A model generated the notes under the pieces. It worked only from the letters and a program-made list of their open reading frames with translations, was not told the origin of the DNA and ran no database searches. Below are positions 18,767-27,452 of a stretch of DNA of 58,233 nucleotides, piece after piece. Position 1 is the stretch's first letter. Each line of letters begins with the position of its first letter. Source of the stretch: Terriglobia bacterium (GTDB taxonomy: Bacteria > Acidobacteriota > Terriglobia > 20CM-2-55-15); NCBI GenBank assembly GCA_036274645.1, contig DASUFH010000292.1, positions 1 to 58,233 of the forward strand. Reading direction: 5' to 3'. The translations under genes were made by a program, and so were the position numbers.

Positions 18767-21252
18767 TGACTCCAAACTCCGAGTTCTCCCGGCAGTCGTT
18801 TTATCCCTCACGCTTGTGGCTATTCATCGGAATGCTGGCCACGCTGGTGTTGTGCCGTCAGGCAACCGGGGCGGGAAACGACGTGTCCATTGACGAGTTG
18901 ATGGTTGGGGCCAATGGCGATTCACGGACGCAGTTCATTGTTCTTGCGAGCGCGGCTGAGGAAAAGCTCTGGGGCCCACAAGGTGGGGAAACACAATCCA
19001 GGATGATGATCGTGTTCTTTGACCGGTTCGGTCGGGAGACCGGGGAGTTCCGGTTTCCGGCCAATCCGCCTTCGGGCAGAACAGGGAAGACGTTGATCGC
19101 CACGCGCGAATTCGCGAGCCTTCCGGGAGCGCCACGGCCGGACGTGCTGATTCCTCCGTTGATGCCGGCCCTTTCCGGCAAGGTATGTTTTCGAAATAAC
19201 CCTCTCAATTCGAACGGTCCTGAAACGGACGAATGCGTTTCCTATGGCGGCGCCGGCGGGGCGTCGGCCCCAGCTTTGCCGATCATGAACGCGGTCAGCT
19301 TGAAGAGAGTTGCCGGAGCGGGTCTCCATTCCGATTTCGTCCTGTCGACGTCTCCGGCGCCGATCAACACCGCCGGGGCCACATTCATCTTGTCGCCGGC
19401 GTCTGCCGTGGCGCAGGGAGAAGCCCTGTTCAATCTCGAAACGTTTTCCGGCAACGGCCGGACGTGTTCGACCTGCCATGTGGCGAGCGAAAACTATGGC
19501 CTGCCGCCGGAGAATATTCAGGCCCGGTATGCCACGCTTGCAGGACAGGCGCCGTCGTTCGACCCGCTTTTCATTGCAGAGACCGCGCCGTCCCCCTTCG
19601 ATGCCGGATTCGACTTCAACCTGAACACGTTGACACTGGCGGCGGAGGTCAGCGCCGGCGCTCCGTGTGTCGGCGAGTTGCGCGGTTTGCTGACCTCGAG
19701 CAATGGGGGACGCGCGAAGACGCTGGCGCGGACGGGTTCCGCCACCTATCTCGTCTATGGAGGACTCCATCCGCCATTGACCGGAACCGTGAGCGACGGC
19801 GTGTGTTCGGCGACTGTATCCGGAATCGCCGCGGGCGATCTCGCTCCCGATTCGAGCGGGCGCCGCGGCGGTCTCGAGGATCCGCGGTACATGCGCGATC
19901 GTTCGGACGCAAACTTTCCGAACGGGCGGGGCCTGATCATGGAGAACATTGACGGATTCGGGAAGGCGCCGGTTTTTCGGAAATCTCCGCATCTTGTAAA
20001 CGTCAGCCTGACGGCGCCCTACGGCCTGAGCGGCGAGTTTGCCAACCTTCAGGATTTCACGACAGGCGCCGTCAGACAGCACTTTCCGAGGACACTGGCG
20101 CGCAATCCGGATGGCCTGGACCCCGACTTCCGCCTTCCGACAGCGGAAGAACTCGCCGCGCTTGAAGTGTTCATGCTGAGTCTGGAGTTTCCGGCGGGAG
20201 ACGATCCCAACAAGTTCGATCTGGGCCGTTACGCAACGACCGAAGCCCAGAGAAGAGGTCGTGACGAGTTCGTCGTGCTCGGATGCGCCGCGTGCCATGG
20301 GGGCCCGGCGCTCAGCCAGACAACCACGCCGATTCTGAACAAACCCTCGGGTGTCAACGCCGCCTTCGATACCGGGGTCGCTGCGGGGCCGCTGACTCGA
20401 TCTCTTCCGTGCGATCCGCCGGTTTCGGACGGTGGATCGTGCGGCTCGCGGGAATTCAGCACGCCGCAATTGTTTAATCTGCCCGGTCTGGGGCCGTTCT
20501 TTCATGATGGGTCGGCGCGCACGCTGAGAGAGGCGGTGGACTTCTACCTGTCGGCCGCATTCGGAACCTCGCCGGCGAATGTGGAGTTCATTCATAGCGG
20601 GATCGGCGTGGTTCCCACGGAGGCCATCACACAATTTCTGCTGGGACTTGTGAAGCGTCCGTACACGTTGAGCGAAGGTCCGGTACGATTCGGCGCCAGA
20701 CCGTCCGGTTCGGACCGGTCTTCCGCGCGAACGATCACGATCGGGAATTCCGGCAGCTCGATGCTCGAATTCGATTCCGAGGCGTGTCGCCTGACGGGAG
20801 CGGACCGGAGCGACTTTGTCATCGCCGATTGTCCGCTTCGAACGGCCCTTGCGCCGGGTGAGACACGATCCATTCATGTGTCCTTTTCGCCGTCGTCCAA
20901 CGGGCTCAAGTCGGCCATCTTCGAAGTTCATCCAATGGGGAGCGCGCCCAGCGGCATGGAGTTGTTCGGTGTCGGGGGCAGCCTGGGGCCGGCGCCGGAG
21001 ATTCAGGGGCTGCGGGAGGACGCCGGTTCCACCCGGGGCGGCGACGCAATATCGATCAGCGGCTCACATTTTCTGCCCGGCGCCACGATTCTGGTCGGTG
21101 GCGCTCCCGCTGGATTTGTCGAAACCTTGAGCGCCACAACGATAGTTGCGCGCGTTCCGGCCCACGCTGCCGGAAGCGTGGATGTCGTGGTCATCAATTC
21201 CGATGGCCAGACCGCGACGTTGTCGAATGCCTACCGCTACGAGCGCCGCTGA
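18766..21252 (+). CDS. secreted di-haem cytochrome c peroxidase (CCP/MauG) family protein with choice-of-anchor-D-like and IPT/TIG C-terminal domains
   Basis: Trimmed from ORF 18010..21252 to ATG 18766. Signal/TM LWLFIGMLATLVLC. Haem motifs CSTCH (19465..19479) and CAACH (20284..20298). CCP-like FSTPQLFNLPGLGPFFHDGSARTLREAVDFY. C-terminal beta-sandwich domains (ITIGNSGSSMLEF..., GGDAISISGSHFLPGATILVGG). Confidence 0.8.
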   Translation: MTPNSEFSRQSFYPSRLWLFIGMLATLVLCRQATGAGNDVSIDELMVGANGDSRTQFIVLASAAEEKLWGPQGGETQSRMMIVFFDRFGRETGEFRFPANPPSGRTGKTLIATREFASLPGAPRPDVLIPPLMPALSGKVCFRNNPLNSNGPETDECVSYGGAGGASAPALPIMNAVSLKRVAGAGLHSDFVLSTSPAPINTAGATFILSPASAVAQGEALFNLETFSGNGRTCSTCHVASENYGLPPENIQARYATLAGQAPSFDPLFIAETAPSPFDAGFDFNLNTLTLAAEVSAGAPCVGELRGLLTSSNGGRAKTLARTGSATYLVYGGLHPPLTGTVSDGVCSATVSGIAAGDLAPDSSGRRGGLEDPRYMRDRSDANFPNGRGLIMENIDGFGKAPVFRKSPHLVNVSLTAPYGLSGEFANLQDFTTGAVRQHFPRTLARNPDGLDPDFRLPTAEELAALEVFMLSLEFPAGDDPNKFDLGRYATTEAQRRGRDEFVVLGCAACHGGPALSQTTTPILNKPSGVNAAFDTGVAAGPLTRSLPCDPPVSDGGSCGSREFSTPQLFNLPGLGPFFHDGSARTLREAVDFYLSAAFGTSPANVEFIHSGIGVVPTEAITQFLLGLVKRPYTLSEGPVRFGARPSGSDRSSARTITIGNSGSSMLEFDSEACRLTGADRSDFVIADCPLRTALAPGETRSIHVSFSPSSNGLKSAIFEVHPMGSAPSGMELFGVGGSLGPAPEIQGLREDAGSTRGGDAISISGSHFLPGATILVGGAPAGFVETLSATTIVARVPAHAAGSVDVVVINSDGQTATLSNAYRYERR

Positions 21253-21271
21253 ATCAGGCGCCTGCGTCCCC

Positions 21272-21292
21272 TGTAGGGGCGGTCTATGACCG
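21272..21292. repeat. REP-like element copy 1 (tgtaggggcggtctatgaccg)
   Basis: Identical 21-mer recurs at 47881..47901, and both copies are intergenic. Confidence 0.7.
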
Positions 21293-21367
21293 TCCAATAT
21301 CTTCGGATTTCGCGAAGCAACCGAATTTCCGTAACTCCATGGCGAAGGGCTTCGCAATATCCGAAAG

Positions 21368-21402
21368 GAAGGGGCGGTCACAGACGTCACAGACCGCCCC
21401 TT
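21368..21402. repeat. GC-rich hairpin related to the REP-like element; possible bidirectional terminator between convergent genes
   Basis: AAGGGGCGGTC-acagacgtcaca-GACCGCCCCTT shares the GGGGCGGTC core with the 21-mer repeat. Confidence 0.55.
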
Positions 21403-21463
21403 CAGGCGCCGTTGACGCGGGGGAATATCCAAAACTCCAGTCTTCCGCGCGGACAAGGGAAGG

Positions 21464-24400
21464 TCAGGGCGCGAGCATCGCTTCGAGTTCACCCTTCAGC
21501 ACGTTGTTGATCCGCGTGGTGACGATTCCGGAACGAAGGTCTTTGACGCGCGATCCGATGCCGACATCGTATTCGCGCACGATCCCGTCCCTGTTTGTTC
21601 CGCTGTCGTGATCGTCTGCCAGGACGACCGCGAGAATCGACAGCCCTCTGGAAAGCGCGGCTTCACGCGGACCGGTGGTCCAGAGTTCGATCGATCGAAG
21701 CGACGGCTGGTGAAAGAGCTTCACGGAGTAATCCGATTTGATCAGTCGTTTCTTCGGCGGCTTGATCGGGACCACCCTCACGTCGGTCTGCTTTTGTAAA
21801 CCGGCGCCGGGTTCCGGCGGCGCCGGGTGGACGTCCACGCGTATCAGTTCGCGATCCTCCAGAATGACTTCACGTCCGGACCGCGCCGCTCGTTGTTTGT
21901 AGCGGCGGTCGAAGCGATGCAGGCCGGACTCACCGCGCAGGGTTCCAAAAGCGCCCAGGCCCGCAATCAGAAGGTACACGCGATCCTCCTTGCCGGAAGT
22001 GTGGAACTCGCCCAGGGTTTCCGCGGTCATCCGCAGGCGGGTTGCCAGCGCCCGGTACATGCCGGCAATCTTCTCGGTTGCGCCCTGCGCTTCGCCCTTG
22101 CGATCAACCAGGGAGACGATCACCAGCGCGTCACCCAGAGCGGAGGGATCGCTCGCGCCGGCTACGAACGTGAGACGCTCGACCTCGCGTTCCAGCCGTT
22201 CGATTTCGTCACGGTGTTGCGTGACGGTCTCGGCCGGATGCCGGCGGGCGCGCTGGATTCTGGATCGGAGGGCGGCGCCGATATCGCGATGGTGCGTGAG
22301 GAACTCATCGATATTGTGAATGTCATTGAGCACGGAGCTGCGGGCGGACCCGCTGCGCGCGAACGCCGGATCGCGGGTTTCCGCGATCAGTTCGGACTTG
22401 CGGGCGTTCAGCTTCTCGATGGCGCCCTCCAGCGCGGCCATCCGCTCTGACAGGGCCGACAGACGGGAGTCGTGCGATTCCGCTCCGGGTCGCCCGGCCG
22501 AAGCGGCCGCCACCATCGCTTTGGGCGGGGCAGTCACGTTCGTGTGGACGCGTCCGGCGCGTTGTGTCAGGCGCAGCACCGCGCCAGGCTGGAGCGATCC
22601 GCCCGCAATGACTTTTGCGATGGGAACGAGCAGCAGGCGTTCGACTGTTCTTTTCAGCGGGCGCGCGCCGAATTGCGCCGAATAGCCCTCGCGAACCGCC
22701 AGAGAGACCACGCCCGGATCGACATCGACAACGAGCCGCCGGCTGCGAATGCCCTGGCGTTCGAGCACGGACTGGATTTCCCGTCGCGCAATCTGCTCGG
22801 CCACTTCCAGAGACAGGGGCCGGAACTGAATGATGCGGTCGAAGCGGTTGAGGAACTCCGGGCGAAAGAAACGGGACAGTTCGCGGGGCATCCTGTCGCG
22901 GACGGACTTGCCCGGCTCGGACTCATCGGCGCCGAATCCCATCACTCCGGTTGTCGCGCCGACGTTCGAGGTGAGCACGATGATCGTTCGCCGGAAATCC
23001 ACCGTTCGTCCGCGCCCGTCCGTCAGTCGTCCGGCGTCAAAAATCTGCAGGCAGAGATCGAAGACATTCAGATGCGATTTTTCGATTTCGTCGAGCAGCA
23101 CCACCGAAAATGGATGCTGGCGCACCGCATCGGTCAGCAGGCCGTTTTCCTGGGGCGTTCCGATCAGCCTCGTAAAACTGTCGGGATTCGCGTATTCGCT
23201 CATATCGAAACGCTTCAACCGGTTCACGTCGCCAAAAATGAATTCGGCCAGGGCCCGCGCCAGTTCGGTTTTTCCGACGCCGGTCGGCCCGGAGAACAGG
23301 AATACGCCGAACGGGCGGTTGGGATCCGTCACACCGGCCTTGATCAGCGTGACCAGATCCACCATGGCTTCAACCGCTTTGGGTTGACCGACCACACGGG
23401 CTTCAAAGAAGGCCCGCGTCTCGTCCTGTTTCAGGGGAATCGTGTCGTCGAGCAGGTCCGCCGGAATACCCGTCGATGCGGAAAGGAGGTCCAGTATGTC
23501 GCGAAAATCCGGCGTGTTCTTTTGCGCCTCCTCGCTCTTGATGGCAAGCCTCAACAGTTCCACTGCGTTGCCGGGACGGCTGATATGTCCCAGGAACTGA
23601 CCGCTCACGTCAAGCATCCGGTCGAGCATTTCGTCGGGAATGCGGCTGTGCGCGTCATCGCGAATTGCCGAAAGGATGGCGCGCGTGCGGTCGGCGCTGC
23701 GTTCGGGAACGATGATCCGGTCGAACAACCGGCGCAGGGAAGGAATGCGTCCCAGGCCGCGTTCGTATTCCTCCGGCGTCGATTCGCCGAGGACGACGAT
23801 GGCGCTTTCCTCCAGGTAGGGCGCCAGCGCCGTGGCGACGCTGGAGTCGGATTTGCTCCACACGCCGGCGGCGGAGAGTTCGCTGAGGTTCGGCACATAG
23901 AGCAGCGCGCGACGCGGTTGACGGATGGCGTCGATCAGGTTGCGGACCTTGCTTTCCCACTCTCCGAGGTATTTGGTGCCGGCCATGAAGTCGGTGGGGG
24001 ACATGCGCAGGACGCGCCAGCCTCCGTTTTCAGGTTGGGCGAGACGATAGGTGAGTTCGTTGACCAGCGCGCTCTTGCCCACGCCGGCCGGTCCGAGCAG
24101 GGCCATCGACCGGGGTGGAGACTGGCGCAGGCGTGTGACGATCGCCTCGCAGTCGTCATCCACTTCATATGCCCGCGGCAGCGCTCCCTTGAGGGCCAGC
24201 GCGGTCAGGTCCGTTCCGTATTCGCTGAGCGTGGCCGGATCGACCATCGATGACGTTCGCTCCTCAAGCCAGCGGGACAGCAATGGAAAAGACTGGACGC
24301 CGTAGCCCTTCAGCCGCCTGCCGATCTGTGTCAACGCGGCGATGCCGGACGGCAGCAGTGGCTCCGTTTCGGTGGGAGATGTTTCCATGTGCCGTTCGAC

Positions 24401-24949
24401 CGCTTCTGCGCAACGCCGGCCGACATCGGAGTCGTCATCGTTCTGAAGAACCCGCGCCAGCGTTTCCACGATGGACGCGCCCGGATGGCTGGTCAGCGCT
24501 TGAACGGCCGCATACCGGACCGTCCAGTCGGAGTCGTGCGTGAGCGCTCTCTCCTGAAGGTCCACGAATTCGGCGCGATTGGTCGTGGCCCGGAAGGCGG
24601 CGGCGCGGACATCGCGATCCGCGTCCGAAGTGAGAGCGCCGAGCGCCTCCACGGCTTCCGGTTCGAACCGTCCAGAGAGGATTTCCGCCAGTTTTTGCCG
24701 GACTCTCGATTCGAGGTCCACCGAGAGCGCGATCAAGGAAAAGAGTAACTCCGGTTCCGTCCGGGCGCGGCAGGCTTCCATCGCCGCCAGGCGCAGCGAC
24801 ACCTGGGGCGCGGCGAGAAGGCTTTCAAGAAACGCAATGTCCGCCTTCTGCTCGACCAGCGCGGCGGCCAGCACACTGATCTTCTCGGCGGGATCCTCGT
24901 AGTCGCCTGTTCGAAGGCTGGTGATGAGTTGCTGGATTTCGTCTGTCAT
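21464..24949 (-). CDS. HEAT-repeat / double Clp-type AAA+ ATPase / RF2-like (PCRF + RF-1-like, GGQ-less) fusion protein
   Basis: Trimmed from the 1456-aa ORF to ATG 24949, 14 nt after the feoB stop. HEAT-like repeats occupy aa 1-215. D1 has Walker A GPAGVGKS but LLYVPNLSE at the Walker B position. D2 has GPTGVGKT, VVLLDEIEK and ARPLKR. The last 334 aa (21467..22468) are release-factor-like: GESGLHRF and IVREYDVGIGSRVKDLRSGIVTTRINNVLKGELEAML. Confidence 0.8.
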   Translation of the reverse strand: MTDEIQQLITSLRTGDYEDPAEKISVLAAALVEQKADIAFLESLLAAPQVSLRLAAMEACRARTEPELLFSLIALSVDLESRVRQKLAEILSGRFEPEAVEALGALTSDADRDVRAAAFRATTNRAEFVDLQERALTHDSDWTVRYAAVQALTSHPGASIVETLARVLQNDDDSDVGRRCAEAVERHMETSPTETEPLLPSGIAALTQIGRRLKGYGVQSFPLLSRWLEERTSSMVDPATLSEYGTDLTALALKGALPRAYEVDDDCEAIVTRLRQSPPRSMALLGPAGVGKSALVNELTYRLAQPENGGWRVLRMSPTDFMAGTKYLGEWESKVRNLIDAIRQPRRALLYVPNLSELSAAGVWSKSDSSVATALAPYLEESAIVVLGESTPEEYERGLGRIPSLRRLFDRIIVPERSADRTRAILSAIRDDAHSRIPDEMLDRMLDVSGQFLGHISRPGNAVELLRLAIKSEEAQKNTPDFRDILDLLSASTGIPADLLDDTIPLKQDETRAFFEARVVGQPKAVEAMVDLVTLIKAGVTDPNRPFGVFLFSGPTGVGKTELARALAEFIFGDVNRLKRFDMSEYANPDSFTRLIGTPQENGLLTDAVRQHPFSVVLLDEIEKSHLNVFDLCLQIFDAGRLTDGRGRTVDFRRTIIVLTSNVGATTGVMGFGADESEPGKSVRDRMPRELSRFFRPEFLNRFDRIIQFRPLSLEVAEQIARREIQSVLERQGIRSRRLVVDVDPGVVSLAVREGYSAQFGARPLKRTVERLLLVPIAKVIAGGSLQPGAVLRLTQRAGRVHTNVTAPPKAMVAAASAGRPGAESHDSRLSALSERMAALEGAIEKLNARKSELIAETRDPAFARSGSARSSVLNDIHNIDEFLTHHRDIGAALRSRIQRARRHPAETVTQHRDEIERLEREVERLTFVAGASDPSALGDALVIVSLVDRKGEAQGATEKIAGMYRALATRLRMTAETLGEFHTSGKEDRVYLLIAGLGAFGTLRGESGLHRFDRRYKQRAARSGREVILEDRELIRVDVHPAPPEPGAGLQKQTDVRVVPIKPPKKRLIKSDYSVKLFHQPSLRSIELWTTGPREAALSRGLSILAVVLADDHDSGTNRDGIVREYDVGIGSRVKDLRSGIVTTRINNVLKGELEAMLAP

Positions 24950-24963
24950 ACGGTTCGCCTGTT

Positions 24964-26886
24964 TCAGGCGACGCCCAGCGCGCGAAGCCCCTGCACGCTG
25001 GCGACGGCGAGACCGTAACCCAGTCCGGTGTAGAACACGAGTTGGGCGGCGGCAAGCTTCCAGGAGTTGGTTTCCTTCATGACGACCGCAACCGTCGAGA
25101 AGCACTGCAGGGAAAAGAAGAAGAACACCACCAGCCCCAGCATGCTCGCGGTTGTGAAGATGGGCTGATCCGTTCCCGGGAATCGCGCTTTGCGCATGGC
25201 TTCCAGCAGGGTTGCCTGTTGATTCTGGTCCTCTTCGGGATCGGGAGCATGGAGCATGATCGCGAGCGAACTCACGAAGACTTCGCGCGCCGCAAACGCC
25301 GAGATCAGCCCGACTCCAACACGCCAGTCGGCGCCCATGGGGCGCAGCGCCGGCTCCATCCGATGCCCGAGTTGCGCGGCAAACGAGTTTTCCGTCTCCG
25401 CCGAGGCGACCAGAGTGGCCGGGGTGTAGCCGAAGTGCGTAATGATCCAGATGACGGCGGCCACGAGCATGATCGGCACGCCGGCCCGCTTGATATAGGA
25501 GGACCCCCGCGCCCAGGTCATGCGCAGGATCGGCTTCCAGCGCGGCACGCGAAACGCCGGAAGTTCCATCGCCAGGAGCGAAGGATCCCGGTATTTGCTG
25601 AAGATGCGTACCGCCAGCCCGGCAACCAACGACCCGACCAGCAGACTCGAGATGTAAATGCCCGCCAGCGCGAGTCCTGCCTTCAATGGCGCGCCGGGCA
25701 GCAGGGCCGCCAGCAGCAGCGCGTAAACGGGAAGCCTGGCGCTGCAGCTCATGAGAGGGAGAATCCAGATCGTCAAAAAGCGCTCGCGGCGCGAGGGAAT
25801 GGCGCGAGCCGCCAGCACCGCGGGAATCGCGCACGCAAAACCGGAAAGCATCGGAACGAAGGAGCGGCCGTGCAGCCCGAGAAAAGCCAGGGGGCGGTCG
25901 ACGAGCGCCGCGCCGCGCGCGAGATACCCGGAATCTTCGAGCAGGGTCATCAGGAAGAAGAGGATCAGAATCTGGGGAAAGAAGACCGCCACTGCGCCCA
26001 TTCCGCCGATGACGCCTTCAGCGAGAAACTGGGCGGGTACCGAATCGCCCAAGTTTGCGGACACCGTCTCCCCGAGCCACGAGAAACCCGAATCAATGAC
26101 GTCCATGAAGGGCTGCGCCGCCCAGAAGATCGAGCCGAACAGGATGATGAGGATGAGCAGGAAGATGGGGAATCCCCAGTAGCGGTCGAGAACGATCCGG
26201 TCGATGCGCGCCGTGACGGGATCGATTTCCCTCGATCGCGTGACCACTCCCGACTCGCGGAGCAGATCGCGCACGCGCGCAAACGCCGCTATCGGATCCT
26301 CGGGCAACGAGGCCAGCGGGCTCGTTGCCGGATCCAGCGCGACCGACCGGTCCAGGGTCTCGATCAACTGGCGTACCCCTTTTCCGGTTCGGGGGTCGAC
26401 CGGAACGACCGGCGCTCCCAACGCGCGGCTTAAGGCCTCCGGGCTTACCTGCTGACGGGTGCGCGTCAGCAGATCCATCATGGTCAGCGCAATGACGATC
26501 GGCTTGCCCTGTTGCGCCACCAGTCCGGCGAACTTCAGATGACGTTCCAGCTGGGTTGCGTCCACAACCAGGACAAACGCGGCTGGCGTGACCCGGGTGT
26601 TTTCTCCGCGGATGACCGCGCAGGCCAGCGCTTCTTCCGCGGAAGGCGAAACGACACTGTGCACGCCAGGCAGATCGACGATTTCGCGAGACGAACCGAA
26701 TTCGGGTTTGCTGCGGCCGTGGAGCAGGGAAACGGTGACGCCAGGGTAGTTGGCCGTGCTGAAGTGGCCGCCCGTGAGGGCGTTCATCAGGGTCGTCTTG
26801 CCGGAGTTCGGCATGCCGACCAGACAGATCGCGGCCGGGCGGGTCTGCTTATCGGACGGGCTGTCCTCCTGGGGATGGCACTTCAT
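24964..26886 (-). CDS. feoB: ferrous iron transporter FeoB
   Basis: 640 aa. N-terminal G domain ICLVGMPNSGKTTLMNALTG, then a polytopic permease domain. The ATG overlaps the feoA stop (ATGA). Confidence 0.95.
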   Translation of the reverse strand: MKCHPQEDSPSDKQTRPAAICLVGMPNSGKTTLMNALTGGHFSTANYPGVTVSLLHGRSKPEFGSSREIVDLPGVHSVVSPSAEEALACAVIRGENTRVTPAAFVLVVDATQLERHLKFAGLVAQQGKPIVIALTMMDLLTRTRQQVSPEALSRALGAPVVPVDPRTGKGVRQLIETLDRSVALDPATSPLASLPEDPIAAFARVRDLLRESGVVTRSREIDPVTARIDRIVLDRYWGFPIFLLILIILFGSIFWAAQPFMDVIDSGFSWLGETVSANLGDSVPAQFLAEGVIGGMGAVAVFFPQILILFFLMTLLEDSGYLARGAALVDRPLAFLGLHGRSFVPMLSGFACAIPAVLAARAIPSRRERFLTIWILPLMSCSARLPVYALLLAALLPGAPLKAGLALAGIYISSLLVGSLVAGLAVRIFSKYRDPSLLAMELPAFRVPRWKPILRMTWARGSSYIKRAGVPIMLVAAVIWIITHFGYTPATLVASAETENSFAAQLGHRMEPALRPMGADWRVGVGLISAFAAREVFVSSLAIMLHAPDPEEDQNQQATLLEAMRKARFPGTDQPIFTTASMLGLVVFFFFSLQCFSTVAVVMKETNSWKLAAAQLVFYTGLGYGLAVASVQGLRALGVA

Positions 26887-27149
26887 TCAATCCAGATCCA
26901 CGACGCTTCACGCTTGCGCAACGCGAGCTGAGCGCCGCGCACCCGAACCACCAGGGGATCGCCGAATGGCGCCGTGTGGATGACGGAGATCTCTTCACCG
27001 GGAGTGAACCCGAGGTCCGCCAGCCGACGGCAGTCGTCCATGGGCCCGTCGAGCCGTTCGATGCGAACCCACGCGTCCAGGGGAGCCTGGGTCAGACGCC
27101 GCTTGCGGTCGGATTCAATATGAAAACGATTCTCATTTTCAAATTGCAT
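26883..27149 (-). CDS. feoA: FeoA family protein (start uncertain; the longest ORF begins at TTG 27185)
   Basis: SH3-like FeoA core WVRIERLDGPMDDCRRLADLGFTPGEEISVIHTAPFGDPLVVRVRGAQLALR. ATG 27149 is the first ATG. A Fur-box-like palindrome lies just inside it. Confidence 0.8.
   Translation of the reverse strand: MQFENENRFHIESDRKRRLTQAPLDAWVRIERLDGPMDDCRRLADLGFTPGEEISVIHTAPFGDPLVVRVRGAQLALRKREASWIWIE
27122..27140. promoter_or_regulatory. Fur-box-like 19-bp palindrome at the feoA 5' end
   Basis: The minus strand reads GAAAATGAGAATCGTTTTC, matching the classical GATAATGATAATCATTATC at 15/19 positions. It is an AT-rich island in GC-rich DNA. Candidate -35 TTGCCT (27185..27180) and -10 CATATT (27161..27156) lie just upstream. 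Confidence 0.5.
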
Positions 27150-27307
27150 GCCGCTAATATGCCCGATCCGACACAGGGAAGGCAAGCTGGATGTTGGCCC
27201 GTCGCGGAAAATTGCGACGGCGTTAACAGATAATTGACATTTGGCTCACGATTCGTTCACCACCGGCCGGTACTCTCTCTCTGCGTTTAAATCTTTCCCC
27301 CACGAGG

Positions 27308-27337
27308 GAGGGCGGCCCAGGCCGCCCTCATTTTTTT
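27308..27337 (+). terminator. strong plus-strand intrinsic terminator with no annotated plus-strand gene upstream
   Basis: GAGGGCGG-cccagg-CCGCCCTC followed by A and TTTTTTT. The T run is only on the plus strand. Confidence 0.6.
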
Positions 27338-27452
27338 GGCGTGAAATCCAGACTCGTTCGGGGTGACTGCCGGGTGCGGCAAAGAAAAGCCATCGGTTGC
27401 CGGGGACCAGAGCGAATGTAATCCCTCGACCACCAGGCGGCGGCCGAGGGAC

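Noticed and set aside
24950-25834. N-terminal 295-aa extension of the 1456-aa ORF (21464..25834)
   Set aside because: It overlaps feoB in another frame and is Arg/Gly/Ala-rich low-complexity sequence. A clean ATG at 24949, 14 nt after the feoB stop, begins the HEAT-repeat region.
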